Made by a program: the position numbers and the translations under genes. From the NCBI GenBank assembly GCA_038326655.1, contig JBBQKG010000003.1, forward strand, positions 57,456 through 121,455: DNA of 64,000 nucleotides, given 5' to 3'. Under the pieces are notes generated by a model that saw only the letters and a list, made by a program, of their open reading frames with translations, was not told the origin of the DNA and did not search any database. This document shows, one piece after another, positions 56,493-64,000 of the stretch (within the stretch, counting starts at the first letter, position 1; each line of letters opens with the position of its first letter). This stretch comes from Solirubrobacterales bacterium. GTDB lineage: Bacteria > Actinomycetota > Thermoleophilia > Solirubrobacterales > JBBDJG01.

Positions 56493-58232
56493 ATGGATAA
56501 ACAGGGTTCCGCCGAGTCGAGCAAGGTCGACTCGGCGGGGGAGAGCAAGGATGGGAAGGCAAAGCCCGACCCGCAGCTGGAGCAGCAGCGCGCCGTCGTC
56601 GCCGAGGCCGGCCGCGAGGCGACCGACACCGAGCACCCGAGTGAGGTGCCCTCGGCGCCACTCACCGACCACGGCGAGCAGAGCGGCCTGAAGAGCCTCG
56701 TCGAAGACCTCCACGGCCGCCGCGCGAAGATCAAGCTCGGCGGCGGCGAGGAGAAGATCGAAAGCCAGCACGGGAAAGGGAAGCTGACTGCGAGGGAGCG
56801 CATCGACCTGCTCGTCGACCGTGGCACGTTCGTGGAGATCGGCATGCACGGCCGCCCGCACTTCTCCCAGCGCTCGATGGAGGGGCGCGAAGCGCCCGCG
56901 GACGGCGTGATCACGGGATGGGGAGAGGTGGACGGCCGCCGGAGTGCGATCGCAGCCTACGACTTCACCGTGATGGCCGGCTCGATGGGCATGACCGGAG
57001 AGATCAAGGTGGGCCGGCTGCGCGAGATGGCGCTCCAGAAGCGGATGCCGTTCATCTGGCTCCTGGATTCCGCGGGCGCGCGCATCCAGGAGGCGGTCGG
57101 CTCGCTGTTCGCCGGCTCTGGCCACCTCTTCCGCGAGGAGGTGATCATGTCCGGCTGCATTCCGCTGGTGGCCGGCATGCTGGGGCCGTGCGCGGCCGGC
57201 ACCGCCTACATCCCCGGCCTTGCAGACTTCGTCCCGATGGTCTCCGGTCAGGGCTCGATGGCGCTTGCGGGACCGCACCTCGTGAAGGCCGTGACCGGCG
57301 AAGACGTCACCCAGGAGGAGCTCGGCGGCGCCAAGATCCACTGCCGCAAGTCCGGCGTGGGAGACCTCGAGGTGGCCGACGACCGCGAGTGCATCGAGGC
57401 GATCAAGACCTACCTGTCGTTTTTCCCCGCGAACTGCGAGGAGCAGCCCCCGATCCGTCCCACCACCGATCCGGTCGACCGCATGGACGAGGCGCTGCTG
57501 GACATCGTGCCCGAGTCCCCCCGGCATCCGTACAACATGTACGACGTGATCGAGCGGATCGTCGACGACGGCGAGTACTTCGACATCAAGCCGAAGTTCG
57601 CCCGCACGATCATCACCTGCCTCGCGCGTTTCGGGGGACGGCCGGTGGGCATCGTCGCGAGCCAGCCCAAGCAGCTGGCCGGCATCCTCGAGAACGACTC
57701 GGCCGACAAGGCGGCGCGCTTCGTGAACCTCTGCGACGCGTTCAACGTCCCGCTGGTGTTCCTGCAGGACGTGCCCGGCTTCATGGTCGGCACGAAGGTC
57801 GAGCAGGAAGGCATCATCCGCCATGGGGCCAAGATGCTCTACGCGGTCTCGCGCGCGACCGTGCCGAAGATCACGGTCGTGATCCGCAAGGCATACGGCG
57901 CCGGCTACTACGTGATGAACGGCCGGGCGTACGAGCCGGACCTGATCGTGGCCTGGCCGGGCGCGGAGATCTCGGTGATGGGCGCGGAGGGCGCGGTGAA
58001 CATCATCTTCCGCAAGCAGATCGACGCCGCCGAGGACCCGGACGCGGAGCGCCAGAAGCTGGTCGACAACTTCAAGGCGATCATCGATCCGTACATCTCC
58101 GCCGGGAACGACATGGTGGACGACATCATCGACCCGCGTGAGACCCGGCCGCGGATCATCCGCGGCCTCGAGATGGCGGCGACGAAACGCGTCGACCGGC
58201 CGTGGAAGAAGCACGGCGTGATGCCGGTGTGA
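56493..58232 (+). CDS. acyl-CoA carboxylase carboxyltransferase (AccD/PccB-like beta subunit)
   Basis: ATG immediately follows the upstream TAA. QHGKGKLTARERIDLL, DFTVMAGSMG, WLLDSAGARIQE, PGFMVG, and the C-terminal DDIIDPRETR. About 65 aa of acidic, low-complexity sequence extends the N-terminus. Confidence 0.88.
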   Translation: MDKQGSAESSKVDSAGESKDGKAKPDPQLEQQRAVVAEAGREATDTEHPSEVPSAPLTDHGEQSGLKSLVEDLHGRRAKIKLGGGEEKIESQHGKGKLTARERIDLLVDRGTFVEIGMHGRPHFSQRSMEGREAPADGVITGWGEVDGRRSAIAAYDFTVMAGSMGMTGEIKVGRLREMALQKRMPFIWLLDSAGARIQEAVGSLFAGSGHLFREEVIMSGCIPLVAGMLGPCAAGTAYIPGLADFVPMVSGQGSMALAGPHLVKAVTGEDVTQEELGGAKIHCRKSGVGDLEVADDRECIEAIKTYLSFFPANCEEQPPIRPTTDPVDRMDEALLDIVPESPRHPYNMYDVIERIVDDGEYFDIKPKFARTIITCLARFGGRPVGIVASQPKQLAGILENDSADKAARFVNLCDAFNVPLVFLQDVPGFMVGTKVEQEGIIRHGAKMLYAVSRATVPKITVVIRKAYGAGYYVMNGRAYEPDLIVAWPGAEISVMGAEGAVNIIFRKQIDAAEDPDAERQKLVDNFKAIIDPYISAGNDMVDDIIDPRETRPRIIRGLEMAATKRVDRPWKKHGVMPV

Positions 58233-58654
58233 CGACGGTCGGTGAGAACGAGGTGCTCGTCCGGCGGTTGGTGGATGCGTTCAACCACCTCGACGTCGAG
58301 CCCGTGATGGACGCTCTCGACCCCGATTGCGAGCTGCACGAGTGGCCCACGGCGCCGGGCGCGCGAAGCTACCACGGTCACGACGGCGTTCGTTCCGCCC
58401 TCGACACCTGGTTCGAGAGCTGGGATTGGATGCAGATCGAGATTCTCGAGCTCGTCGCGCGCGGGGACCGCCTGTTGGTCGTCCTGCATCAGCGCGCGAT
58501 GGGCAAGGGCAGCGGGGTCGAGGTCGAGATCAAGTCGTTCAACGTCTACACCTTCCGGGCGGGCAAGCTGCTGCGCATGCAGATGTTCACCGAAGAGGAG
58601 CCCGCGCTCGAGGCCGCCGGCCTGACCCTGAACCACGAGGAGGAGAAGCGATGA
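58229..58654 (+). CDS. NTF2-like (SnoaL-type) protein
   Basis: GTG 58229 overlaps the upstream stop (GTGA). NEVLVRRLVDAFNHLDVEPVMDALDPD and FNVYTFRAGKLLRMQMF. Confidence 0.65.
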   Translation: MTTVGENEVLVRRLVDAFNHLDVEPVMDALDPDCELHEWPTAPGARSYHGHDGVRSALDTWFESWDWMQIEILELVARGDRLLVVLHQRAMGKGSGVEVEIKSFNVYTFRAGKLLRMQMFTEEEPALEAAGLTLNHEEEKR

Positions 58655-59595
58655 GCCGTTTCGAGGACCCGGTGATCATCACGTGCTCGATCTCGGGCGC
58701 GGTCGCCAACCGCGACCAGTGCCCGGCGATCCCCTACACGCCCGAGGAGTACGCGGCCGAGGCGCGCCGGATCGTCGACGAGGGCGGATCGGCAATCCAC
58801 ATCCACGCGCGAACGCCCGACGGCGTGCCGAGCTACGAGGTCGAGGACTTCCGCAACATCACCGACGCGATCCTCACCGAGGTGGGCGACGTGATCGTCA
58901 ACTACTCGACCGGCGCGATCGGCGTGCCGATCGAGAAGCGCCTGCAGTACCTCCGCGAGCTGCGGCCAGAGGTGGGCGCGCTGAACATGGGCTCGATGAA
59001 CTACGCGAAGTACTCGAAGCGGCGCAAGAGCTTCGTGTTCCACACGGTGTTCGAGAACTCGTTCGAGACGATCATCACCTTTCTCAACGAGATGAACGAG
59101 CTCGGCATCAAGCCCGAGCACGAGTGCTTCGACTCCGGGCACATCGCCAACCTCGACCCGCTGATGGACATGGGCCTCCTGCGCGAGCCGCTGCAGGTCT
59201 CCTGCGTGATGGGCGTGACGGGTGGGATCCGGCCGAACGCGCGAAACCTCGCGCACATGTCGGAGCAGCTGCCCGGCGGCGCCCGCGGGCCGAACAACTG
59301 GGGCGTGATCGGGATCTCGCGCGACCAGTGGATGCTCGGCGCGGCAGCGCTGACGCTCGGCGGGAACGTGCGCGTCGGCCTCGAGGACAACTTCTACCTC
59401 CCGAACGGCGAGATGGCGCGGTCGAACGGCGACCTGATCGCCAAGGCGCGCCAGATGGTCGAGGACATCGGCCGGCGGGTCGCGACCGTCGAGGAGGCAC
59501 GAGCGATGCTGGGCATAGAGAAAATGGCGTGGCCGCCGCTGGCGGCGGCCACGGTCGCAGGGGGCGCGGGCGGCGGCACGGCCGCGGTAGGATGA
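58651..59595 (+). CDS. beta-keto acid cleavage enzyme (BKACE/DUF849, 3-keto-5-aminohexanoate cleavage enzyme family)
   Basis: ATG 58651 overlaps the upstream stop (ATGA). VIITCSISGAV, Zn-ligand pattern AIHIHAR, and VRVGLEDNFYLPNGE. Confidence 0.8.
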   Translation: MSRFEDPVIITCSISGAVANRDQCPAIPYTPEEYAAEARRIVDEGGSAIHIHARTPDGVPSYEVEDFRNITDAILTEVGDVIVNYSTGAIGVPIEKRLQYLRELRPEVGALNMGSMNYAKYSKRRKSFVFHTVFENSFETIITFLNEMNELGIKPEHECFDSGHIANLDPLMDMGLLREPLQVSCVMGVTGGIRPNARNLAHMSEQLPGGARGPNNWGVIGISRDQWMLGAAALTLGGNVRVGLEDNFYLPNGEMARSNGDLIAKARQMVEDIGRRVATVEEARAMLGIEKMAWPPLAAATVAGGAGGGTAAVG

Positions 59596-59603
59596 GGTAG
59601 GCG

Positions 59604-60803
59604 ATGGCGCACCGCCCGCTGGAAGGACTGCGCGTCCTCGATTTGACTCGGCTGCTCCCCGGAGGGTTCTGCACGTTGCTGCTGGCCGACCTCGGCGCCG
59701 ACGTGCTGAAGGTCGAGGACACCGCGGGCGGCGACTACATCCGCTGGATGCCGCCCTACTACGGCGGCGACGCCGAGCATGCGAACGGGACCGCGTCGGC
59801 CTACTTCCTGGGGCTCAACCGCAACAAGCGCTCGCTGAAGCTGAACCTCAAGCGCCCCGAAGGGCGCGACATCCTCCTGCGCCTCGCCGAGGATCACGAC
59901 GTGCTCGTGGAGAGCTTTCGCCCCGGCGTGATGGACCGGCTCGGCGTCGGCTACGAGGCGGTGGAGAAGCGGAATCCACGGTTGGTGTACTGCGCGATCT
60001 CCGGTTACGGCCAGAACAGCCCCCTGCGCGAGCGCTCGGGCCACGACACCAACTACCTCGCGCTGGCGGGGCTGCTCGGGCTGACCGGCCACCGAGACGG
60101 CCCGCCGGTCCAGTCGGCGGGGCAGATCGCCGACCTCGGGGGTGGGGCGCTGATGGCAGCGGTCGGGATCCTCGCGGCCCTGCGCGAGCGCGAGCGCTCG
60201 GGCGCCGGGCAGGTCGTCGACATCTCGATGACCGACGGTGCCACGTCGTGGCTTGCGATGGTGATCGCGCGCTACTTCTGCGAGGAGGTGGTCCCTCGCC
60301 GCGGCGAGGTCGAGCTTGCGGGTGGGATCCTCTGCTACTTCCCCTACGAGACCAAGGACGCCCGCTGGATGTCGCTGGGCGCGCTCGAGCCGAAGTTCTG
60401 GCAGAACTGGTGCGAGGGCACCGGCCGGCAGGACCTGGTCGACAAGCAGTTCGAGCACCCGCACTCCGAAGCAGGAGCCGAGGTCGCGGCAATGTTCCGC
60501 GAGCGCACCCGCGACGAGTGGACCGCGTTCGCCGGCGAGCACGACTGCTGCCTCGAGCCGGTGCTCGACCTCGACGAGGCGCTCACGCACGAGCAGGCGG
60601 TCGCGCGCGGCATGGTGTTGGAGCTCGACCAGCCGGGGATCGGCCCGGTTCGCCAGGCGGGCTTCCCGATCGCGCTCTCGCGCACGCCCGCGAAGGTCGA
60701 GCGGCCGGCGCCGGCACTGGGGCAGCAGACCGACGAGGTGCTCGCAGCGATCGGCTACGACCCCGAGCGAATCGCTGCCCTGCGCGCCGAGGGAGTCGTG
60801 TGA
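59604..60803 (+). CDS. family III CoA-transferase (CaiB/BaiF, alpha-methylacyl-CoA racemase-like)
   Basis: LEGLRVLDLTRLLPGGFCTLLLADLGADVLKVE, NRNKRSL, GHDTNYLALAG and DISMTDG. Confidence 0.88.
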   Translation: MAHRPLEGLRVLDLTRLLPGGFCTLLLADLGADVLKVEDTAGGDYIRWMPPYYGGDAEHANGTASAYFLGLNRNKRSLKLNLKRPEGRDILLRLAEDHDVLVESFRPGVMDRLGVGYEAVEKRNPRLVYCAISGYGQNSPLRERSGHDTNYLALAGLLGLTGHRDGPPVQSAGQIADLGGGALMAAVGILAALRERERSGAGQVVDISMTDGATSWLAMVIARYFCEEVVPRRGEVELAGGILCYFPYETKDARWMSLGALEPKFWQNWCEGTGRQDLVDKQFEHPHSEAGAEVAAMFRERTRDEWTAFAGEHDCCLEPVLDLDEALTHEQAVARGMVLELDQPGIGPVRQAGFPIALSRTPAKVERPAPALGQQTDEVLAAIGYDPERIAALRAEGVV

Positions 60804-61531
60804 GCGCGCCTCCCTCGCAGAACGGTGAGCTGCTTCGGATGCGCGAGCTCGCGGAGGCCGCGGGCGTGCCGGCGGGGACGATCAAGCACTACCTGCGCGA
60901 GGGCCTCCTGCCCGAGCCCGTGAAGACGTCGCGGAACATGGCGTGGTACCCGCGGGACTTCGTCGAGCGGGTGCAGGTCATCAAGCAGCTTCAGGAAGAG
61001 CGGTTCCTGCCGCTCAAGGTGATCCGCGAGGTGCTCGAGAACGGCGGCGTCGAAGGCCCGGAGCGGCTGCGCGCGATGGTCGAGCTCGAGGACCGGATCC
61101 TCGAACGCGCGCTTTCCGGGCAGGACTCGACGGGATTGAGCGCGCGTGAGGCGAAGCGCCGCTACGGGCTGCCCGAGGAGGCGCTCGACCGCCTCGAGAA
61201 GCTCGGCGTCCTCTCGCCCGCTCGCCGAAATGGCGCGAAGCGGTACGGGCCCGCCGATGTGCAGATCATCGAGGCGGTGAGCCGCATGCGCGCATCCGGG
61301 TACTCGGAGGCGCTCGGCTTCACCGTGCACGACACGATGATCTACAAGCGCCACCTCGAGCGGCTCGTGCACGAGGAGGTCGAGGTGATGATGGAGCGGG
61401 TCGCGGGGGAGATGGACACGGACGCCGCCGCCGACCTGCTCGAGCGCGCGGTCGAGCCGATGCGGGACCTCGTCGCGGCGATGCGGGCGAAGCTGATGAT
61501 CGCCGAGCTGCAGGCGCGGCGGGCGCCGTAG
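60800..61531 (+). CDS. MerR-family transcriptional regulator
   Basis: GTG 60800 overlaps the upstream stop (GTGA). HTH LRMRELAEAAGVPAGTIKHYLREGLL, followed by a long helical C-terminal domain. Confidence 0.8.
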   Translation: MSAPPSQNGELLRMRELAEAAGVPAGTIKHYLREGLLPEPVKTSRNMAWYPRDFVERVQVIKQLQEERFLPLKVIREVLENGGVEGPERLRAMVELEDRILERALSGQDSTGLSAREAKRRYGLPEEALDRLEKLGVLSPARRNGAKRYGPADVQIIEAVSRMRASGYSEALGFTVHDTMIYKRHLERLVHEEVEVMMERVAGEMDTDAAADLLERAVEPMRDLVAAMRAKLMIAELQARRAP

Positions 61532-61565
61532 CGTCCCTCACTTCGCGCACGCGGGAAGGCGCGCC

Positions 61566-61601
61566 TATAATCGTTTCCTGACTGATTGGTGAGTCAATCA
61601 G
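61566..61601 (+). promoter_or_regulatory. consensus TATAAT box followed by inverted repeat CTGATTG-N6-CAATCAG
   Basis: TATAAT at 61566-61571 is rare in this GC-rich DNA. The 7-bp inverted arms at 61582-61588 and 61595-61601 sit at the expected transcription start/5' UTR of the nitrilase-TetR operon. Confidence 0.4.
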
Positions 61602-61624
61602 GGCGAGTGACAAGGCGGTTGTCG

Positions 61625-62455
61625 GTGCGGGCGTCGGCGGTTCAGCTCAATTCGAACGAGGACAAGTCACGCAACCTCGAGGTTGCGGAGCGCCTCATCC
61701 GGCGCGCCGCCGGGGACGGTGCGGAGCTGGTCGCGCTGCCAGAGAAGTTCAACGTGCTGGGCTCGCCCGAGCAGCTGATCGAAGGCGCCGAGCCGCTCGA
61801 CGGCCCCACGCTTCGGTGGGCCGGCGCGCTCGCGGCGGGGCTCGGGATCTGGCTGGTCGCGGGCAGCATCGTGGAGCGGGTCGAGGGCGACGAGAAGCTG
61901 CGCAACACCTCGGTCCTGTTCGATCCCGAGGGCGCCGCGCGGGCCGTCTACCGGAAGATCCACATGTTCGACGTCGAGGTCGGCGGTGTCACCTACCGGG
62001 AGTCCGACGTCGAGGGCGCCGGGGAGGAGATCGTGGTCGCGGACGCCGGCGCGCTGAGGCTGGGGCTGGCGATCTGCTACGACCTTCGCTTCCCGGAGCT
62101 GTTCCGGATCATGGCGGTCGACGGCGCCCAGGCCTTCACGCTACCCGCGGCGTTCACGGTACCGACCGGTCGCGCGCACTGGGAGACTTTGATCCGTGCC
62201 CGTGCGATCGAGAACCAGGCCTTCGTGGTCGCCGCCGGCCAGGTCGGCCGTCACCCGCCCGATCACGAGAGCTACGGGCACTCGATGATCGTCGACGCGT
62301 GGGGCACCGTGCTCGCCTCCGCTGCCGGGGAGCCGGAGCACGTCGTCACCGCGGACCTCGACCTGGACGCGCAGGAGGACGTGCGCGCAAAGCTGCCGTC
62401 GCTGGCCAACCGCCGCCCGGCCGCCTACCGGTGGCGCGAGCACGTGCTGCGATGA
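61625..62455 (+). CDS. carbon-nitrogen hydrolase (nitrilase superfamily, Nit-like)
   Basis: GTG 61625 gives VRASAVQLNS, the family-typical start. Other in-frame options are TTG 61586 and GTG 61607. E-K-C triad contexts LPEKF, YRKIHMF and LAICYDLRFPE. Confidence 0.85.
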   Translation: MRASAVQLNSNEDKSRNLEVAERLIRRAAGDGAELVALPEKFNVLGSPEQLIEGAEPLDGPTLRWAGALAAGLGIWLVAGSIVERVEGDEKLRNTSVLFDPEGAARAVYRKIHMFDVEVGGVTYRESDVEGAGEEIVVADAGALRLGLAICYDLRFPELFRIMAVDGAQAFTLPAAFTVPTGRAHWETLIRARAIENQAFVVAAGQVGRHPPDHESYGHSMIVDAWGTVLASAAGEPEHVVTADLDLDAQEDVRAKLPSLANRRPAAYRWREHVLR

Positions 62456-63060
62456 GCGCCCGAAACGCCGGCGCGGTGGACAAGCGGCGGGTGATCCTGG
62501 ACGCGGCGATCCGCGTGTTCGCGCGGGAGGGCTTCTACAGCTGCCGTGTCTCGGACATCGCGAACGAGGCGGGCGTCGCGTACGGGCTCGTCTACCACTA
62601 CTTCCGGTCGAAGGACGAGGTGCTCGACACGCTCTTCACGGAGCGCTGGACGCTGCTGCTGGAGGCGATCGCCGAAGTCGACCGGCGCGACCCGCCGATC
62701 CGCGAGAAGCTCGACGCGATCGCGTCTTTCATCGTCGACTCCTACCAGAACGACCCCGACCTGATGAAGGTGATCATCGTCGAGGTGACGCGCGCGGCGA
62801 ACACCTTCGGCCGTGCACACCTCCCCGAGATCAGCCAGGCCTACGACGGGATCGCGGCGATCATCCGCAAGGCTCAGGAAGAGGGCGCCTTCCGCACCGA
62901 CATCTCGCCCGAGTTCGCGACGCTCTGCTTCTACGGCGCGATCGAGCAGCTGCTGACGGCGTGGATCTTCGAGGCGATCCCCGCGACCCCCGACGACTTC
63001 GCGCAGGCCAAGCAGATGGTGGTCGAAACGGTGTGCGGCGGGCTCGAGGTCCGGGCTTAG
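62452..63060 (+). CDS. TetR-family transcriptional regulator
   Basis: ATG 62452 overlaps the nitrilase stop (ATGA). HTH ILDAAIRVFAREGFYSCRVSDIANEAGVAYGLVYHYF. Confidence 0.88.
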   Translation: MSARNAGAVDKRRVILDAAIRVFAREGFYSCRVSDIANEAGVAYGLVYHYFRSKDEVLDTLFTERWTLLLEAIAEVDRRDPPIREKLDAIASFIVDSYQNDPDLMKVIIVEVTRAANTFGRAHLPEISQAYDGIAAIIRKAQEEGAFRTDISPEFATLCFYGAIEQLLTAWIFEAIPATPDDFAQAKQMVVETVCGGLEVRA

Positions 63061-63097
63061 GGCCGCTCGCTCCGGTCGCACTGGTTTACTACGGCCC

Positions 63098-63235
63098 GTG
63101 CAGGACAACGAGCTCATCAAGCGGCTGATCTGGAGCGGGCTCCTCGCGGCGGCGGGAGCACTCGCCAGCATCGCTGCGAATCGTCTCGCGACCACGGTCT
63201 GGCGGCGGCTCTTCGACGAGGACCCGCCGGACTAG
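63098..63235 (+). CDS. small membrane protein (45 aa, DUF4235-like), not in ORF track
   Basis: GTG 63098 gives VQDNELIKRLIWSGLLAAAGALASIAANRLATTVWRRLFDEDPPD, stop TAG at 63233-63235. One TM segment and GC3-rich codons. The assignment is tentative. Confidence 0.45.
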   Translation: MQDNELIKRLIWSGLLAAAGALASIAANRLATTVWRRLFDEDPPD

Positions 63236-63284
63236 CGCCGGTTGCTTTACTGTCCCGGGGCCGGCCCCGACCAGGCCGAGTGCC

Positions 63285-63473
63285 ATGGAACAGAACGCAG
63301 AGAGCCAGGCAACCGCAGACATCATCGCCGGGGCGGACACGCACTCCACGTCCTCGAACGGCTTCGGCGCAGAGACCGCTCCGGCGGCTGCGCCGAGCCC
63401 GATCGTGCTCGTGGCCGCCGCGCTGGCCGGAGGCTTCCTGCTCGCCCGGGTCCTGAGGCGGCTGCGTGACTGA
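63285..63473 (+). CDS. small tail-anchored membrane protein (62 aa)
   Basis: ATG 63285. Polar N-terminus, then a single C-terminal TM segment, PIVLVAAALAGGFLLARVL. Confidence 0.5.
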   Translation: MEQNAESQATADIIAGADTHSTSSNGFGAETAPAAAPSPIVLVAAALAGGFLLARVLRRLRD

Positions 63474-63936
63474 TGGGGACTACACGCGTGTGAACGGCGG
63501 CATCGACGACAAGTCGCTCGGCGACCTCGTGACCCGCGTCTCCGAGAACGCCTCACTGCTGGTTCGCGAGGAGATCGAGCTCGCGAAGACGGAGATCGAG
63601 TTGAAGATGCGGCGACTCGTGCAGGGCGCCGCGGTCGGCGCGGCGGCGGGCTTTTTCGTGTTCCTCGCGCTGATCTTCGCCTTCCATGCGCTTTCCTGGG
63701 GGCTGTCGGACATCTTCAACAACCCGTACGGATGGGTCGGATACCTGATCACGACCGTGCTCCTGCTGGTGCTCGGGGGGATCGCGGGGTTGATCGCGAT
63801 GCGCGCCTTCAAGGCGGGCGCGCCGCCGACGCCCGACCGGGCGATCGAAGAGGCAAAGCGGATCAAGGAGACGCTCGAGCATCCCGAGGTCGAGGCCGCC
63901 CGCGCAGGGACGGCCGAGACGACGCCGAAGCCGTAG
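63466..63936 (+). CDS. holin-X-like (actinobacterial phage-holin-family) membrane protein
   Basis: GTG 63466 overlaps the upstream gene by 8 nt. SLGDLVTRVSENASLLVREEIELAKTEIELKMRRL is followed by two TM segments. Confidence 0.7.
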   Translation: MTDGDYTRVNGGIDDKSLGDLVTRVSENASLLVREEIELAKTEIELKMRRLVQGAAVGAAAGFFVFLALIFAFHALSWGLSDIFNNPYGWVGYLITTVLLLVLGGIAGLIAMRAFKAGAPPTPDRAIEEAKRIKETLEHPEVEAARAGTAETTPKP

Positions 63937-63938
63937 CG

Positions 63939-64000
63939 ATGGCCACCCGCAGCCCAGACGAGATCAAAGGCTCGATCGAGCGGACCCGCCACGACCTCGC
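63939..64000 (+). CDS. DUF3618-like protein, N-terminal fragment (runs off window)
   Basis: ATG 63939 lies 2 nt after the upstream stop. MATRSPDEIKGSIERTRHDL matches the usual DUF3618 opening (SPEEIR..IE.TR..L). Confidence 0.5.
   Translation, partial: MATRSPDEIKGSIERTRHDL

Overview
This is very GC-rich, almost gap-free coding DNA that looks like a high-GC Gram-positive (Actinomycetota-like) chromosome. It has many GTG/TTG starts, 4-nt ATGA/GTGA/TTGA start-stop overlaps, GC-rich hairpins between genes and at least one leaderless-looking promoter. The taxon cannot be confirmed without a database search. I can support one tRNA (Pro-CGG), about 70 protein-coding genes, one gene remnant and a small set of regulatory sites and hairpins. 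Two of the genes are under 60 aa and absent from the ORF track, and one gene runs off each window edge. I saw no rRNA, CRISPR array, transposase, integrase, phage gene or recognisable defence gene, and no repeat of the tRNA 3' end that would mark an island. Gene content, left to right:
- a secreted copper-oxidase operon (cupredoxin, two-domain multicopper oxidase, cupredoxin fusion)
- quinone reductase, MaoC and acyl-CoA dehydrogenase (ACAD) genes
- an AlkZ/YcaQ-like winged-helix protein and an amidase
- a CsoR repressor with a CsoR box, divergent from a permease-YHS fusion
- a superoxide dismutase (SOD) and a secreted glycoside hydrolase family 2 (GH2) enzyme next to a hydrolase remnant
- thiolase/SCP2, PPOX, NUDIX and rubredoxin genes
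- a MarR plus ABC exporter pair, then Lon
- a bioB-bioF-bioD-bioA operon
- a MacB/FtsX-type ABC pair
- crotonase, a mini biotin-carrier protein, and glycosyltransferase-GlpK-PlsC
- many lipid and acyl-CoA enzymes (hotdog thioesterases, alpha/beta hydrolases, short-chain dehydrogenases/reductases (SDRs), nitronate monooxygenase (NMO), RidA, a metallo-beta-lactamase-fold (MBL) lactonase-like enzyme, an aldehyde dehydrogenase (ALDH))
- a wax-ester module (acyl-CoA synthetase, fatty acyl-CoA reductase, WS/DGAT)
- a divergent acyl-CoA carboxylase-type catabolic locus that carries a beta-keto acid cleavage enzyme (BKACE)
- nitrilase plus TetR
- a holin-X/DUF3618-type small membrane protein cluster

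I did not find a clear-cut novel system. The best candidates for follow-up are:
1. the CsoR-controlled permease-YHS module, a possible copper transporter that is not a P-type ATPase
2. the liu/atu-like locus that lacks a biotin carboxylase and a lyase but carries BKACE, a family III CoA-transferase and two NTF2-like proteins
3. a 26-nt palindromic element present twice
4. several smaller oddities listed under findings

All functional calls come from motifs read by eye. None has been checked against a database.
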